Of a DNA stretch of 64,000 nt, positions 8,914 through 18,171 are shown piece by piece (position 1 is the stretch's first letter; each line of letters starts with the position of its first letter). Both the position numbers and the translations under genes were made by a program. The stretch comes from a virus, in IMG/VR virus record IMGVR_UViG_3300045971_000208, positions 4,676 through 68,675 of that record; one strand, given 5' to 3'. The notes under the pieces are model-generated. The model ran no database searches. It was not told where the DNA came from and was given only the letters and a program-made list of their open reading frames with translations.

Positions 8914-9734
8914 TTCAACATGTCCATTACTGATTTGTGAAGCTGCTTAGCACGGGAGAAAATCATCTTAGCAAATTTTGCTTTAGCATTTGGTTCTTTA
9001 CCCATAAGTTCTACAAAGTTTGCATAGTTAGTTGGGATAGAACCCCATGAACCATAAGCTGCTGCATTGTTAACACGAAGCCACTCTTCCATAGTCTCAC
9101 GTTTGAAACCTCTCTTGACCAAAGCTTCAAGAGCTTCGGCTGCACCAACAGCTCGCTCACGTTCTGACTTATCAAATGTGTATTGCTTGTCAGTCTTTAG
9201 CTTGCGAAGGTTAGCGAAGATGTCATCAAGGTAACCTTCTACTTGCTTCTTTAGTTGAGGACCAAATGTAGCGTTCATGTAGTCTAGAATTTTTTCGGTG
9301 CCGCCTTGGTTAGCTGCGCGAATATCGCCACCCTTTGCTTGACCACGGGTTGTATCGAAGCTGCTGCTATACTTCAAGAAGAAGTATTTTCCAGTAGGGA
9401 AGCTTTGGAATGCTTTCTCTTTTGTTCCGACGAAACTAAACCCTCCACCCTTTTGATCGCTTGTAATCAAACCAACATCACCCTTACCAGACATTGAATA
9501 GTTGTCACGGATGAAGCCAACAGCTGCAAACTTACCATCAGCACCTTGGGAAAGGACTACACCAGTCTTTAGCATTGCAATTGTAGGCTTTGACTTCAAA
9601 AGTTCAGGGAGCTCGTAAGCATCCAGATTATAGGCTTTGTAAACTTTATTGATGAAAGCCTTTGGAAACACTGAAGAAATCGGTGGGGCAACTTTTTCTG
9701 TTACAATTGACTCGAATAAATCGCTAACTTTCAT
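8910..9734 (-). CDS. putative internal head protein
   Basis: MKVSDLFE N-terminus; GGAGAG SD; AATAAATA on the minus strand at about 9759-9766. Confidence 0.6.
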   Translation of the reverse strand: MKVSDLFESIVTEKVAPPISSVFPKAFINKVYKAYNLDAYELPELLKSKPTIAMLKTGVVLSQGADGKFAAVGFIRDNYSMSGKGDVGLITSDQKGGGFSFVGTKEKAFQSFPTGKYFFLKYSSSFDTTRGQAKGGDIRAANQGGTEKILDYMNATFGPQLKKQVEGYLDDIFANLRKLKTDKQYTFDKSERERAVGAAEALEALVKRGFKRETMEEWLRVNNAAAYGSWGSIPTNYANFVELMGKEPNAKAKFAKMIFSRAKQLHKSVMDMLK

Positions 9735-9777
9735 GAAATCTCTCCTAAAATGTTACAATATTTATTGAAATCTGCGC

Positions 9778-9823
9778 AAATAAGTGTGTACTTTTAGCAG
9801 GTTGCAGTGTATAATTACTTATC
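9778..9823 (+). promoter_or_regulatory. early promoter, CAGGTT type
   Basis: TGTACT 9787-9792, 17 nt, TATAAT 9810-9815. Confidence 0.85.
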
Positions 9824-9846
9824 GGTTGGTTATAATAGGAACTTAA

Positions 9847-10020
9847 ATGGAAACAGTTTTTTCGGTTGCTAAAGAGCTTGAAGTTGAATTGTCGGAAAAT
9901 TATTCTGATGCAAGACTTCGTAAGATCATATTCGACTATGGAATGGATTCTACTGACCTTACTCGCAAAGAAATGATCCAGGAGATTGTCGATCTGGAAG
10001 TTTACGCTTTCACTCACTAA
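9847..10020 (+). CDS. small acidic protein (57 aa)
   Basis: Read by hand: AGGA SD, METVFSVAKELEVEL... Confidence 0.7.
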   Translation: METVFSVAKELEVELSENYSDARLRKIIFDYGMDSTDLTRKEMIQEIVDLEVYAFTH

Positions 10021-10029
10021 GGATTAGAA

Positions 10030-10344
10030 ATGGAACTCAAGTTCATTGCCGGTGAAGAGACTTGGAACGAGCTTCAGGCTGAAAAAGTCCTGAAGGTTTC
10101 CCAGAATGCTCGAGGATTTAACTCACGTGAGTTGATCATTCTTCAAGGTGAATGGTCTCGTCGTGGTATTCTTGGTGCTGAACTTGTGGAATCCAGCATG
10201 CGAGGATGGACTCTTCGTTATGATTCCGGTATCCAAAACTGGAGTATCATTGCTGCTGACATGACCAAAGGTGAAGTCATTGAGTATGCAATGGCATGGG
10301 TTGCGATGGACCCCACCCATCGTTATGTTTATGTAAAGGTTTGA
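10030..10344 (+). CDS. hypothetical protein
   Basis: AAGGA SD. Confidence 0.75.
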   Translation: MELKFIAGEETWNELQAEKVLKVSQNARGFNSRELIILQGEWSRRGILGAELVESSMRGWTLRYDSGIQNWSIIAADMTKGEVIEYAMAWVAMDPTHRYVYVKV

Positions 10345-10345
10345 A

Positions 10346-10567
10346 ATGAACGAACGTATTAAAGAACTTGCTGCACAGGCCGGACTACAGCCTTTTGAAG
10401 ATTGTGGCCCTGGGTATGTGTATAAGATGGAAAAGTTTGCAAGGTTGATTGTTACGGAATGCATAGACGTGATCAAGAATGAGTCCATGGACTCTACTGA
10501 TGAATGGGAAGATGGTCTACAGATTGCTATTGAAGCAATCAAACATAATCTTGGAGATAAAGAATGA
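10346..10567 (+). CDS. hypothetical protein, F..LxxxEC paralog family
   Basis: MNERIKELA.QAG...EKFARLIVTEC. Confidence 0.75.
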   Translation: MNERIKELAAQAGLQPFEDCGPGYVYKMEKFARLIVTECIDVIKNESMDSTDEWEDGLQIAIEAIKHNLGDKE

Positions 10568-10770
10568 AAGTTAAAATGGTTATTATGCATGCGACCAGCG
10601 GTCACATTTGGTCTGGTGATGAAAGCGAAGTCACTGAAGATGAACTTGAAGTAGCAAAAAATGCTATCAAAGATCAGCTTGGAAATCTGACTTACATTGA
10701 GTTGGGTCAGACTATCATTCCTGCTGACCTCATTCGTAACCAGTGTGTTATCGCTTTTCAAATTTCGTAA
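10564..10770 (+). CDS. hypothetical protein
   Basis: GGAG SD; ATGA overlap. Confidence 0.7.
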   Translation: MKVKMVIMHATSGHIWSGDESEVTEDELEVAKNAIKDQLGNLTYIELGQTIIPADLIRNQCVIAFQIS

Positions 10771-10773
10771 ATC

Positions 10774-10986
10774 ATGCCTCGTGTAAATCTTGACAAACTA
10801 ACTGATGAGCAGTGCAAGATTGCTGATGCTCTATGGGCTTGTGATACATTTGAAGAGACAGAAGAACTTGTTGAGAGTGGAGGGATTGAGGTTGCAAAAA
10901 TCCGTTCTCTTTTAATGTTTGCATTCTTTGACGATGTGCCCCACACAACTGAAGCCTTAAATCTCTTGAAAAAGTTTAAAAAATAA
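10774..10986 (+). CDS. hypothetical protein
   Basis: ORF track; operon context. Confidence 0.65.
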   Translation: MPRVNLDKLTDEQCKIADALWACDTFEETEELVESGGIEVAKIRSLLMFAFFDDVPHTTEALNLLKKFKK

Positions 10987-11022
10987 CTGTTTACTTTTGT
11001 CAGGTTGCAGTGTATAATAAAC
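10980..11022 (+). promoter_or_regulatory. early promoter, CAGGTT type
   Basis: TTTACT 10990-10995, 17 nt, TATAAT 11013-11018. Confidence 0.85.
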
Positions 11023-11050
11023 TGTAAGAAAATATTAACGGAGTTCAAAG

Positions 11051-11509
11051 ATGAAAAAAGGTGAAATGCTTTCCAAGATGATCGTCATCGCAACGAATGC
11101 TCATGCTGGGCAGTTTGACAAAGGTGGAAACCCCTACATCTTGCACCCATTGCGTGTGATGTCCTACCTCAAAGAGGATGATGAAGAACTCCAATGCATT
11201 GCAGTTGGACATGACATCATTGAGGATACCCCAACCACATACAAGTTCCTTTTCGAAGAGGGAATATCTCCACGGGTTATCGAAGGTATAAAGTGCTTGA
11301 CAAAAGTTCCTGGTGAGACCTACGAAGAATACCAAGTTCGAGTATTTTCCAGTGTTGATGCTATGAAGGTTAAGAAATGCGACCTTCGCCACAACTCAGA
11401 TATTCGGCGCTTGAAGGGTGTTACGGATAAGGACACTGCACGAATGGCAAAGTACATGAAGTTCTATGCCGACATTGAAGCTCGTTTGGCTCTAAAGGTG
11501 GTTGTATGA
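11051..11509 (+). CDS. HD-domain hydrolase, SpoT/Mesh1-like (p)ppGpp hydrolase family
   Basis: AHAGQFDKGGNPYILHP, HDIIEDT and VKKCDLRHN motifs. Confidence 0.85.
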   Translation: MKKGEMLSKMIVIATNAHAGQFDKGGNPYILHPLRVMSYLKEDDEELQCIAVGHDIIEDTPTTYKFLFEEGISPRVIEGIKCLTKVPGETYEEYQVRVFSSVDAMKVKKCDLRHNSDIRRLKGVTDKDTARMAKYMKFYADIEARLALKVVV

Positions 11510-11652
11510 ATATTTTATTCGTATTGCTTTACGATATTACCTTACTTGCTGGTACTGCATATCTTGTGCAAGAGTATAATTGGTCTATGTGGACTTTTTT
11601 ACTAGCAGCTGTTTTCTTTACAACTCTTGAAACCAAGAAGACAAAGGACTGA
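11506..11652 (+). CDS. small membrane protein (48 aa)
   Basis: Read by hand: MNILFVLLYDITLLAG...WTFLLAAVFF. Confidence 0.55.
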   Translation: MNILFVLLYDITLLAGTAYLVQEYNWSMWTFLLAAVFFTTLETKKTKD

Positions 11653-11659
11653 TCTCAAG

Positions 11660-11688
11660 TTTACGTCAGGTCAAGTTTGTGTTATAAT
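11660..11688 (+). promoter_or_regulatory. sigma70-type promoter for topoisomerase
   Basis: TTTACG 11660-11665, 17 nt (shifted CAGGT), TATAAT 11683-11688. Confidence 0.7.
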
Positions 11689-11718
11689 TAGATCACTCGC
11701 TAATAACGTTAGGACAAA

Positions 11719-13686
11719 ATGGCTACTCAAAAAACAATCGAAGCAAAGTTCAAGAAGCTCAATGAAGTTGAACACGTTTTGCTTCGACCAGGCCGCTATA
11801 TCGGCGCAATCACCCCTCACACTGAGGTAACCTATGTCTATGACATCGCTTCTAAGCGCATGGTCAAGAAGGAAGTAACCTACAACCCTGGCTTCATCAA
11901 GCTCTTCGATGAAGTTATCTCCAATTCTGTTGACCACTCGAAGACCCCAGAAGGTAAGCAAGTTGACACCATTCGTGTTGATGTTGATCAAAAGACTGGT
12001 GAGATTTCGGTCTACGATAATGGTGGTATCCCAGTCCTCAAGCATTCTGAATACAACCAATGGGTCCCTGAAATGATCTTTGAACTCCGTGCGGGTTCCA
12101 ATTTCAATGATGACGACCAATCGATGTTGACTGGTCAGAATGGCGAAGGTGCTGCTCTTACCAACATCTTCTCTACTGAATTCATTGTTGAGACTTGTGA
12201 CAAGAAGAACAAGTTCAAGATGAAGTTCGCTGAGAACTCCCAAGTTCGAAACCCTGCTAAAGTGGTTCCTGCTGAAGGTGCTAAGGGTTATACTCGCATC
12301 ACCTACACCCCAGACTTCGAGAAACTCGGATGCGAATTCACTGATGACAACATGATGATGCTTCAGAAGCGCGTCGTGGATGTTGCTGGTTTGAACACTC
12401 ACTTGAAGGTTTACTGGAATGGCGAACGTATTCCTACTCGCGCATTCAAGGACTATGTAGAACTCTACACTGGCCCAGATGCTGATTATGCATACGACGA
12501 AACAGAACATTGGAAGGTTGCAGTCTCTGCTTCTGACGATGGCTTCCAACACATGTCCTTCGTGAATGGTACCCATACTAAGGAAGGTGGTACACACGTC
12601 CTCTATGCAGGTATGCAAATCTGGGAACGCATTCGCGAGTTCATCAAGAAGAAACACAAAATCGATGTGAAGCCTTCTGAGCTCCGCCAGCACATGACTT
12701 TGTTCATTGACTGCTCGATCGTTAACCCTCGCTACTCCAGTCAAACAAAAGAAAACCTCATGACAGAAGTGAAGGACTATAAGACTGTTTGGGAAGTTCC
12801 AGACAAGATGGTAAACAAAATCATCAAGTCCACTATCATTCAATCCATTTTGGATTGGGCTGAAGCTAAGGCTCATCAGGAACACATCAAGGATTTGCGT
12901 AAGCTCAACAAGGATACTGACAAGGCTGATCCCCGCCGTGTTGATAAGTTCTGTGATGCTCTTGAAAAGAAGGACCGTACTAAGTGCGTTCTGTTCCTTG
13001 CCGAGGGAGATTCTGCTGCTAAGTCTTTGTTCGCTGCTCGTGGTAAGACTAACTTCATTGGAACATTCCCTCTGAAGGGTAAGCCTTTGAATGTCCGTGA
13101 AAAGGATATTGCTAGAGTACTCGGTCTTGACAAGAAGAAAGAAGGTAAGACCGAGCCAAACGAAATCCAGAAGATTTTGACTATCATCGGTCTTCGTATC
13201 GGTGAGAAGGTTAACTCGTTGAGTGAACTCCGCTTCGGTAAGGTTGCATTTGCAACTGATGCTGACGTTGATGGCTCTCACATTGCAGGTCTGCTTATGA
13301 ATGTGTTCGATACATTCTGGCCCGAACTGTTCGAGTTAGGATTTGTGCACATCCTTCGTACCCCTGTTGTTAAGGTCTCCCTTAAGAACAAGGAAGTCTT
13401 GGAGTTCTTTACTGAACGCGAGTTCAAGGACTGGGTAAAGAAAGACGGCCAGAAGGCTAAGGGTTGGACACATCGCTACTTCAAGGGTCTTGGTACCACG
13501 AAGACAGATGCTTTCATTCCTTACATGGAAAACTTGAACCAGTATCTCTTCCAGATTACAATGGACGGACAAGATGACAAGCAGGCACTTGACCTTGCTT
13601 TCAATGGAGAACGTGCTGATGACCGTAAGGTATGGCTCGAAACTCCTGCAGATAACTTTGAAGACTTTATCGTTGAAGCAGTATAA
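11719..13686 (+). CDS. gp39: type II DNA topoisomerase large subunit (GHKL ATPase + TOPRIM, gp39+gp60 fused)
   Basis: EHVLLRPGRYIG, EVISNSVD, GQNGEG, EGDSA, PLKGKPLN, DADVDG and YFKGLG motifs. Confidence 0.97.
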   Translation: MATQKTIEAKFKKLNEVEHVLLRPGRYIGAITPHTEVTYVYDIASKRMVKKEVTYNPGFIKLFDEVISNSVDHSKTPEGKQVDTIRVDVDQKTGEISVYDNGGIPVLKHSEYNQWVPEMIFELRAGSNFNDDDQSMLTGQNGEGAALTNIFSTEFIVETCDKKNKFKMKFAENSQVRNPAKVVPAEGAKGYTRITYTPDFEKLGCEFTDDNMMMLQKRVVDVAGLNTHLKVYWNGERIPTRAFKDYVELYTGPDADYAYDETEHWKVAVSASDDGFQHMSFVNGTHTKEGGTHVLYAGMQIWERIREFIKKKHKIDVKPSELRQHMTLFIDCSIVNPRYSSQTKENLMTEVKDYKTVWEVPDKMVNKIIKSTIIQSILDWAEAKAHQEHIKDLRKLNKDTDKADPRRVDKFCDALEKKDRTKCVLFLAEGDSAAKSLFAARGKTNFIGTFPLKGKPLNVREKDIARVLGLDKKKEGKTEPNEIQKILTIIGLRIGEKVNSLSELRFGKVAFATDADVDGSHIAGLLMNVFDTFWPELFELGFVHILRTPVVKVSLKNKEVLEFFTEREFKDWVKKDGQKAKGWTHRYFKGLGTTKTDAFIPYMENLNQYLFQITMDGQDDKQALDLAFNGERADDRKVWLETPADNFEDFIVEAV

Positions 13687-13694
13687 TTTAAGAG

Positions 13695-14156
13695 TTGATC
13701 ATGACAATTATTCAACAAGCACTTTCTTTAACTCCGCTTAGAACAACACGTAAAAGTGGTGAACAGCTAGCTCATCCAATTTACGTTAATGTTAACGTTG
13801 AGGCAAGCCAGGAACTCCTAAAATTACGATTGCAAGATGGTCAAGCTGCAATTTATGGTATTGCCTATAGCCCAATTAAAAATTTTTCTGAAATTGTAGT
13901 AGTTGGAGAAACTGGCCAGACGAAACCACTTCAAAGAATACTTGGTGGGTATCAAGATAGAGTCCAGACTATGAAGCAAGACAATGCTAGAACTATAACA
14001 GGTATTCAACTTAAATGTATTGCTGAAAATCGCAAGAGTTTGACTCTTTATGCATGTCTTTTAGATGTATGCGCATTTGAGCATCGTCGTGTATTGGAAA
14101 AAGAATACATTATGGCGCTTAGACAATTAGGCAATCCTCTTTTGAATGCTACGTGA
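13695..14156 (+). CDS. possible GIY-YIG-like endonuclease
   Basis: AAIYGI...VVVGET...R...E...N pattern; inserted between the topoisomerase genes. Confidence 0.45.
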   Translation: MIMTIIQQALSLTPLRTTRKSGEQLAHPIYVNVNVEASQELLKLRLQDGQAAIYGIAYSPIKNFSEIVVVGETGQTKPLQRILGGYQDRVQTMKQDNARTITGIQLKCIAENRKSLTLYACLLDVCAFEHRRVLEKEYIMALRQLGNPLLNAT

Positions 14157-14173
14157 AGAGTAATCGTTTCAAG

Positions 14174-14207
14174 ATTACTTCCTCTAAAGAACAGGTTATA
14201 ATACTAC
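14174..14207 (+). promoter_or_regulatory. promoter for gp52 (probably leaderless)
   Basis: ATTACT 14174-14179, 17 nt, TATAAT 14197-14202; ATG 5 nt later, no SD. Confidence 0.6.
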
Positions 14208-15575
14208 ATGGCTACAAAACATACCCCTACTGATACTGGCAACCTCAAGGTTCGCCGTATTCCTGCTCGATACTTCTTCAATACTGCATTCAAGGAGTTT
14301 TCACTCTATGATAATTTGCGGTCTATCCCATACCTTACAGATGGATTGAAGCCTTCTCAACGTAAGGCAATCTATGGCACTCAGCTTCGTGGTGAGAATG
14401 CTGGTCTGCTTTCTGTTGAACGTCTTTCTGCTGCTATCGCCGCATCCACCGATTACCACCATGGTATTGGTTCGATGCAGTCCACGATTGTTGGTCTTGC
14501 AAACGATTATGCTGGCTCCAACAACATGAACATCTTTGTTCCTGAAGGACAGTTCGGTTCTCGTTTGACTGCTGATGCAGCTGCTCCACGTTATATTGAG
14601 ACGAAACTCTCGCCTTTCTTCCGTGCACTTTTCCCTAAGGCAGATGACGGCATCTTGGTTCACAATGAAACCGATGGTGAGAAGATTGAACCAAAAACCT
14701 ATCTTCCTATCCTTCCTCTGTCCCTGATTAATGGTGCACAGGGTACTGGTACTGGACATGCTTGCGTTATCATGGCATACAATCCTAAAGAGATTGCAAA
14801 TGCTTGCTTGACAGTTCTAACTGGTAAGAAGCTAAAGGCTGGTACTCTCACTCCTTGGTACAACGGATTCAGTGGACTTGTTCAGCGCAACCCAGATACC
14901 GGTCAAGTGGTTATCACTGGTAAGTTGGAGGTGGTTAATTCCACCGCTATCAAGATCACTGAACTTCCAATCGGAATGTATCTCGATCAGTATAAGAACC
15001 ATCTCAACAAGATGGAAGATGCTGAGTTGATCAAGGACTACGAAGATCGTTCTACTGAAGAAGCATTTGACTTCATGGTAAGCGTTCCTCGTTCACTCAC
15101 TGCATTGTCTGAGGAAGAACTCTACAAGAAGTTCAAGCTCATCTCTCGTGATACAGAAAATCTTACCCTTTGGGGTATTGACGGTCGTTTGAAGCGCTTC
15201 GATTCCGTTGAAGCAATCATTGAAGAGTTTATCCCATGGCGTCTTAGTCAGTACGAAGTTCGCCGTCAGAAGCTGATTGCTGAAGCCAAGGAATCCATCC
15301 GGTGGTCTTCTATGAAAATCAGATTCATTAATTTTTATCTGAAGAATACTACGCTCTTTAAAAACACTGGTAAGAAAGAGTTGATTGAACTCCTTATCAA
15401 GAATGAATTTGATGAGTATGATAGACTGTTGTCAATGGCTCTTTGGAATTTAACACGGGATAAAATTAAAGAGCTCGAAAATGAACTAGATGAGTTTAGA
15501 AAGTATCTTGCAAGTCTTGAAGCCGATACTGCTAAGGCAATGTATTCTCGGGAGTTGAAGGAATTTTCTTACTAA
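14208..15575 (+). CDS. gp52: type II DNA topoisomerase medium subunit (GyrA/ParC-like)
   Basis: DGLKPSQRK, YHHG, GQFGSR and AAPRY (catalytic Tyr) motifs. Confidence 0.97.
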   Translation: MATKHTPTDTGNLKVRRIPARYFFNTAFKEFSLYDNLRSIPYLTDGLKPSQRKAIYGTQLRGENAGLLSVERLSAAIAASTDYHHGIGSMQSTIVGLANDYAGSNNMNIFVPEGQFGSRLTADAAAPRYIETKLSPFFRALFPKADDGILVHNETDGEKIEPKTYLPILPLSLINGAQGTGTGHACVIMAYNPKEIANACLTVLTGKKLKAGTLTPWYNGFSGLVQRNPDTGQVVITGKLEVVNSTAIKITELPIGMYLDQYKNHLNKMEDAELIKDYEDRSTEEAFDFMVSVPRSLTALSEEELYKKFKLISRDTENLTLWGIDGRLKRFDSVEAIIEEFIPWRLSQYEVRRQKLIAEAKESIRWSSMKIRFINFYLKNTTLFKNTGKKELIELLIKNEFDEYDRLLSMALWNLTRDKIKELENELDEFRKYLASLEADTAKAMYSRELKEFSY

Positions 15576-16233
15576 CCGACAGAATAACCCAGCCGACTGT
15601 TTCAGGTTTGTCAGATAGAGCATGTTCTTTTACTGGCATTCCTGATTTTTGTGTTCTAAGTATTCTCTTTTGAGATAAATTATTCTCTTCACAGAATGTT
15701 TTTAAACTATCAGTGAAGAACTTTTTTCCTGATGGAGATTTTAAAGTATAAGAAAAACTTAGACCCGCAGAAATGTTAGCTTTGTGATCTGAGCTCAGAA
15801 GAATTCCAGTTTTACCGATGGATATATTTTGTCTAGCTATTTCAGATTGTTGCTTACCACGTTTAGCATTAGCGATTTTTGATAGGTGTTCTTTACTTTT
15901 AATTCTTCCCTTTTGAAATTCGCTCATGCATTTTGAAAATACTTTCTTGTTAGCTTCATATGCTCTGCTGTTTTGATATTTCGAGTTTTTGTTCTGCATG
16001 CGGTGAAATGCAGAAGCCATTTTATAGAGATACGGTTTAGTCACACATTTGGTCAAGAGCCAGTGACAGATAAAATGTTCTCGTGCTGTTAGTTTTACGA
16101 TATTATTTTTATCCTGTCCTCCCATACTTCTTGGAATGATGTGATGCTTTTCAATATAACCAGTTTGTTGTTTACATTGAGCAGCATTTATGATAGAATG
16201 ATACCATCTAAAGTATTTGTTTTGAATGAACAT
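15532..16233 (-). CDS. HNH homing endonuclease with NUMOD3-like repeats
   Basis: EKHHIIPRSMGG...N.V.LTAREHFICH; minus-strand TATAAATA at 16261-16268. Confidence 0.88.
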   Translation of the reverse strand: MFIQNKYFRWYHSIINAAQCKQQTGYIEKHHIIPRSMGGQDKNNIVKLTAREHFICHWLLTKCVTKPYLYKMASAFHRMQNKNSKYQNSRAYEANKKVFSKCMSEFQKGRIKSKEHLSKIANAKRGKQQSEIARQNISIGKTGILLSSDHKANISAGLSFSYTLKSPSGKKFFTDSLKTFCEENNLSQKRILRTQKSGMPVKEHALSDKPETVGWVILSVSKKIPSTPENTLP

Positions 16234-16279
16234 ATCTTTGGAACCTTACTTATGATAGATTATTTATAGGAATTCAAGT

Positions 16280-16447
16280 ATGTATAAAATTCTGGTTGTT
16301 ATTCGTGCTGTTGGCAGTCTCGATGGTGGTCGATCTGTATCCCAACAGCTTATCGAGTTCGATAATATGTGTGATGCACAGATGGCATATGACAAGTTAA
16401 ACCTCGCTAAGAGTTCTGAGTGGACAGTCGTTAAACTTTGGAAGTAA
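16280..16447 (+). CDS. small protein (55 aa), tandem paralog 1
   Basis: Read by hand: MYKILVVIRAVG...QQLIEFD...KLWK. Confidence 0.7.
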   Translation: MYKILVVIRAVGSLDGGRSVSQQLIEFDNMCDAQMAYDKLNLAKSSEWTVVKLWK

Positions 16448-16450
16448 ATC

Positions 16451-16615
16451 ATGTATAAAATTTTGGTTATTGTGAGTGTGGGTAATGGTAATGCACAGCA
16501 TGTTACTACTCAGGTCATCGAGTTCGATGGAATGAATGCAGCAATTGCTGCAGCAAATGCTATCAACAAGGATTATGGCGGTTCGGCAAATGCACGAGCA
16601 ATCTGCCTCTGGTAA
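16451..16615 (+). CDS. small protein (54 aa), tandem paralog 2
   Basis: Read by hand: MYKILVIVSVG...TQVIEFD...CLW. Confidence 0.7.
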   Translation: MYKILVIVSVGNGNAQHVTTQVIEFDGMNAAIAAANAINKDYGGSANARAICLW

Positions 16616-16618
16616 GAT

Positions 16619-16996
16619 ATGAAAAAGATTTTCACAGAGTTTTTCTCTTTAGTATTATTCCCAATACTATTAGCAATCAATTACTATACTGGACATTTTG
16701 GTCCAATCTTTATTCTTGATTGTATATATGTTATTGCTGGTGTAATAATGGGTTTTGGAATTTGGTTAATTTTTTCTGTTGACAGTGAAAAATACTCAGA
16801 TGCATTTGCAGCTGGATTCAAAAAACTCAATCCTTGGAAAGTATGGCTGGCATATTCTTATTGGACTGTTGCTGCTGCATGGTTCATTTATTTTGAGTAT
16901 TACGTCTCCTTTATTCTTTTAGCTGTTTATGTTTTCCTTTACAAGTTCTATATTTTTAGTTTGAAAGAATTTCATGAAAACAGATCTAGCGTATAA
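16619..16996 (+). CDS. membrane protein (about 4 TM helices)
   Basis: Hydrophobic segments. Confidence 0.75.
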   Translation: MKKIFTEFFSLVLFPILLAINYYTGHFGPIFILDCIYVIAGVIMGFGIWLIFSVDSEKYSDAFAAGFKKLNPWKVWLAYSYWTVAAAWFIYFEYYVSFILLAVYVFLYKFYIFSLKEFHENRSSV

Positions 16997-17642
16997 GCTT
17001 CTTGGGATAGATAAGTCTGCTAACTTCAATCTAGCTCAAAAGGCTTATCGTAAGCTTGTTCAAAAATACCATCCTGATAAACAGGATGGTAATGAAGAGA
17101 AGTTCAAGCTTATCAAAGAAGCTTTTGGAACCCTTTCACCTTTACTAAGCACGGTATCATCTAAGGTAATAATTATTACCTTAGAGGAAGCTTTTACTGG
17201 CTGTACTAAAGAACTGGATAATAAAGAATTCACTATACCTCCAGGTGTTTATCCTAATACCACAATAGGAATGATTCCAGTAGAAGGTGGTCTTCAAGCT
17301 GTTACAGTTCTCATAACTTCTGAATCATGGGCCCCACGTTGGGGTGAAGATGGTTATCCTGCAGGTGATCTAGCAAGAGATATAAAAGTATCTCCATTTA
17401 CCATGATGACCGGAGGATGGATAAATATCCAGACTATTGAGAGTGTTCGCAAAGTTTACATAGCACCTGGCTTCCAAGCTAATCACTGGGTAAAGGTTGC
17501 TCAAGCTGGATACTGGAAGGACCAAGAATCCCTTGAACGTGGTGATGCTTATTTGCGAATCATTCCCTACATTAGAGAACTAAAAGAATACTCGAGGGAC
17601 GAACTAAATGACTTCGCAAGGCAAATCACTGATCTCCTTTGA
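16974..17642 (+). CDS. dnaJ: DnaJ/CbpA-like co-chaperone
   Basis: J-domain with HPD (KYHPDK); ITLEEAFTG and RGDAY C-terminal motifs. Confidence 0.88.
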   Translation: MKTDLAYKLLGIDKSANFNLAQKAYRKLVQKYHPDKQDGNEEKFKLIKEAFGTLSPLLSTVSSKVIIITLEEAFTGCTKELDNKEFTIPPGVYPNTTIGMIPVEGGLQAVTVLITSESWAPRWGEDGYPAGDLARDIKVSPFTMMTGGWINIQTIESVRKVYIAPGFQANHWVKVAQAGYWKDQESLERGDAYLRIIPYIRELKEYSRDELNDFARQITDLL

Positions 17643-18144
17643 CTATAGAGGTCTCCGCAAAGTAATAAGTGGTGGTCAATGTGGAGCAGATCGAGCTGGT
17701 ATTACAGCTGCTCGAGATCATAAAGTAAAGACTGGTGGATATGCTCCTCATGGATGGAGAACACATCATGGCCCGAGACCTGATTTGGCCGAGTTCGGGT
17801 TAATACAACACCACCAAGTTGGGTACCCTGGCCGCACAGAATGGAATGTTGTAGCAAGTGAAGGCACTCTTGTTGTTGCTGCAAACTTCAACTCCCCAGG
17901 TATTAAACTCACCCGCAATCTCAATAAGAAGTATCAGAAACCTTACCTTCAAATCCCACCTTCTATTGAACACACAGAACAAATAGTAGAGTGGCTCATC
18001 AAAAATGATATAAGCATTTTAAACGTTGCTGGTAACAGAGATAAAGAACGCGAGATAGGACCAATTCACAATATGACCTACTGTGTTATGGTGTTGGTCT
18101 TTGTCGAATTAGAACGACAGGGATTTCTGGTTAAAGCAGCATAA
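17608..18144 (+). CDS. SLOG-superfamily (putative molybdenum carrier-like) protein
   Basis: KVISGGQCGADRAG, RT.WNV..S.GT and LNVAGNR motifs. Confidence 0.8.
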   Translation: MTSQGKSLISFDYRGLRKVISGGQCGADRAGITAARDHKVKTGGYAPHGWRTHHGPRPDLAEFGLIQHHQVGYPGRTEWNVVASEGTLVVAANFNSPGIKLTRNLNKKYQKPYLQIPPSIEHTEQIVEWLIKNDISILNVAGNRDKEREIGPIHNMTYCVMVLVFVELERQGFLVKAA

Positions 18145-18171
18145 ATACAAAACCTATAACGAATAGAAAAT

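Noticed and set aside
11671-13281. 536-aa antisense ORF
   Set aside because: Mirror of the codon-biased topoisomerase gene; no SD or recognisable motifs.
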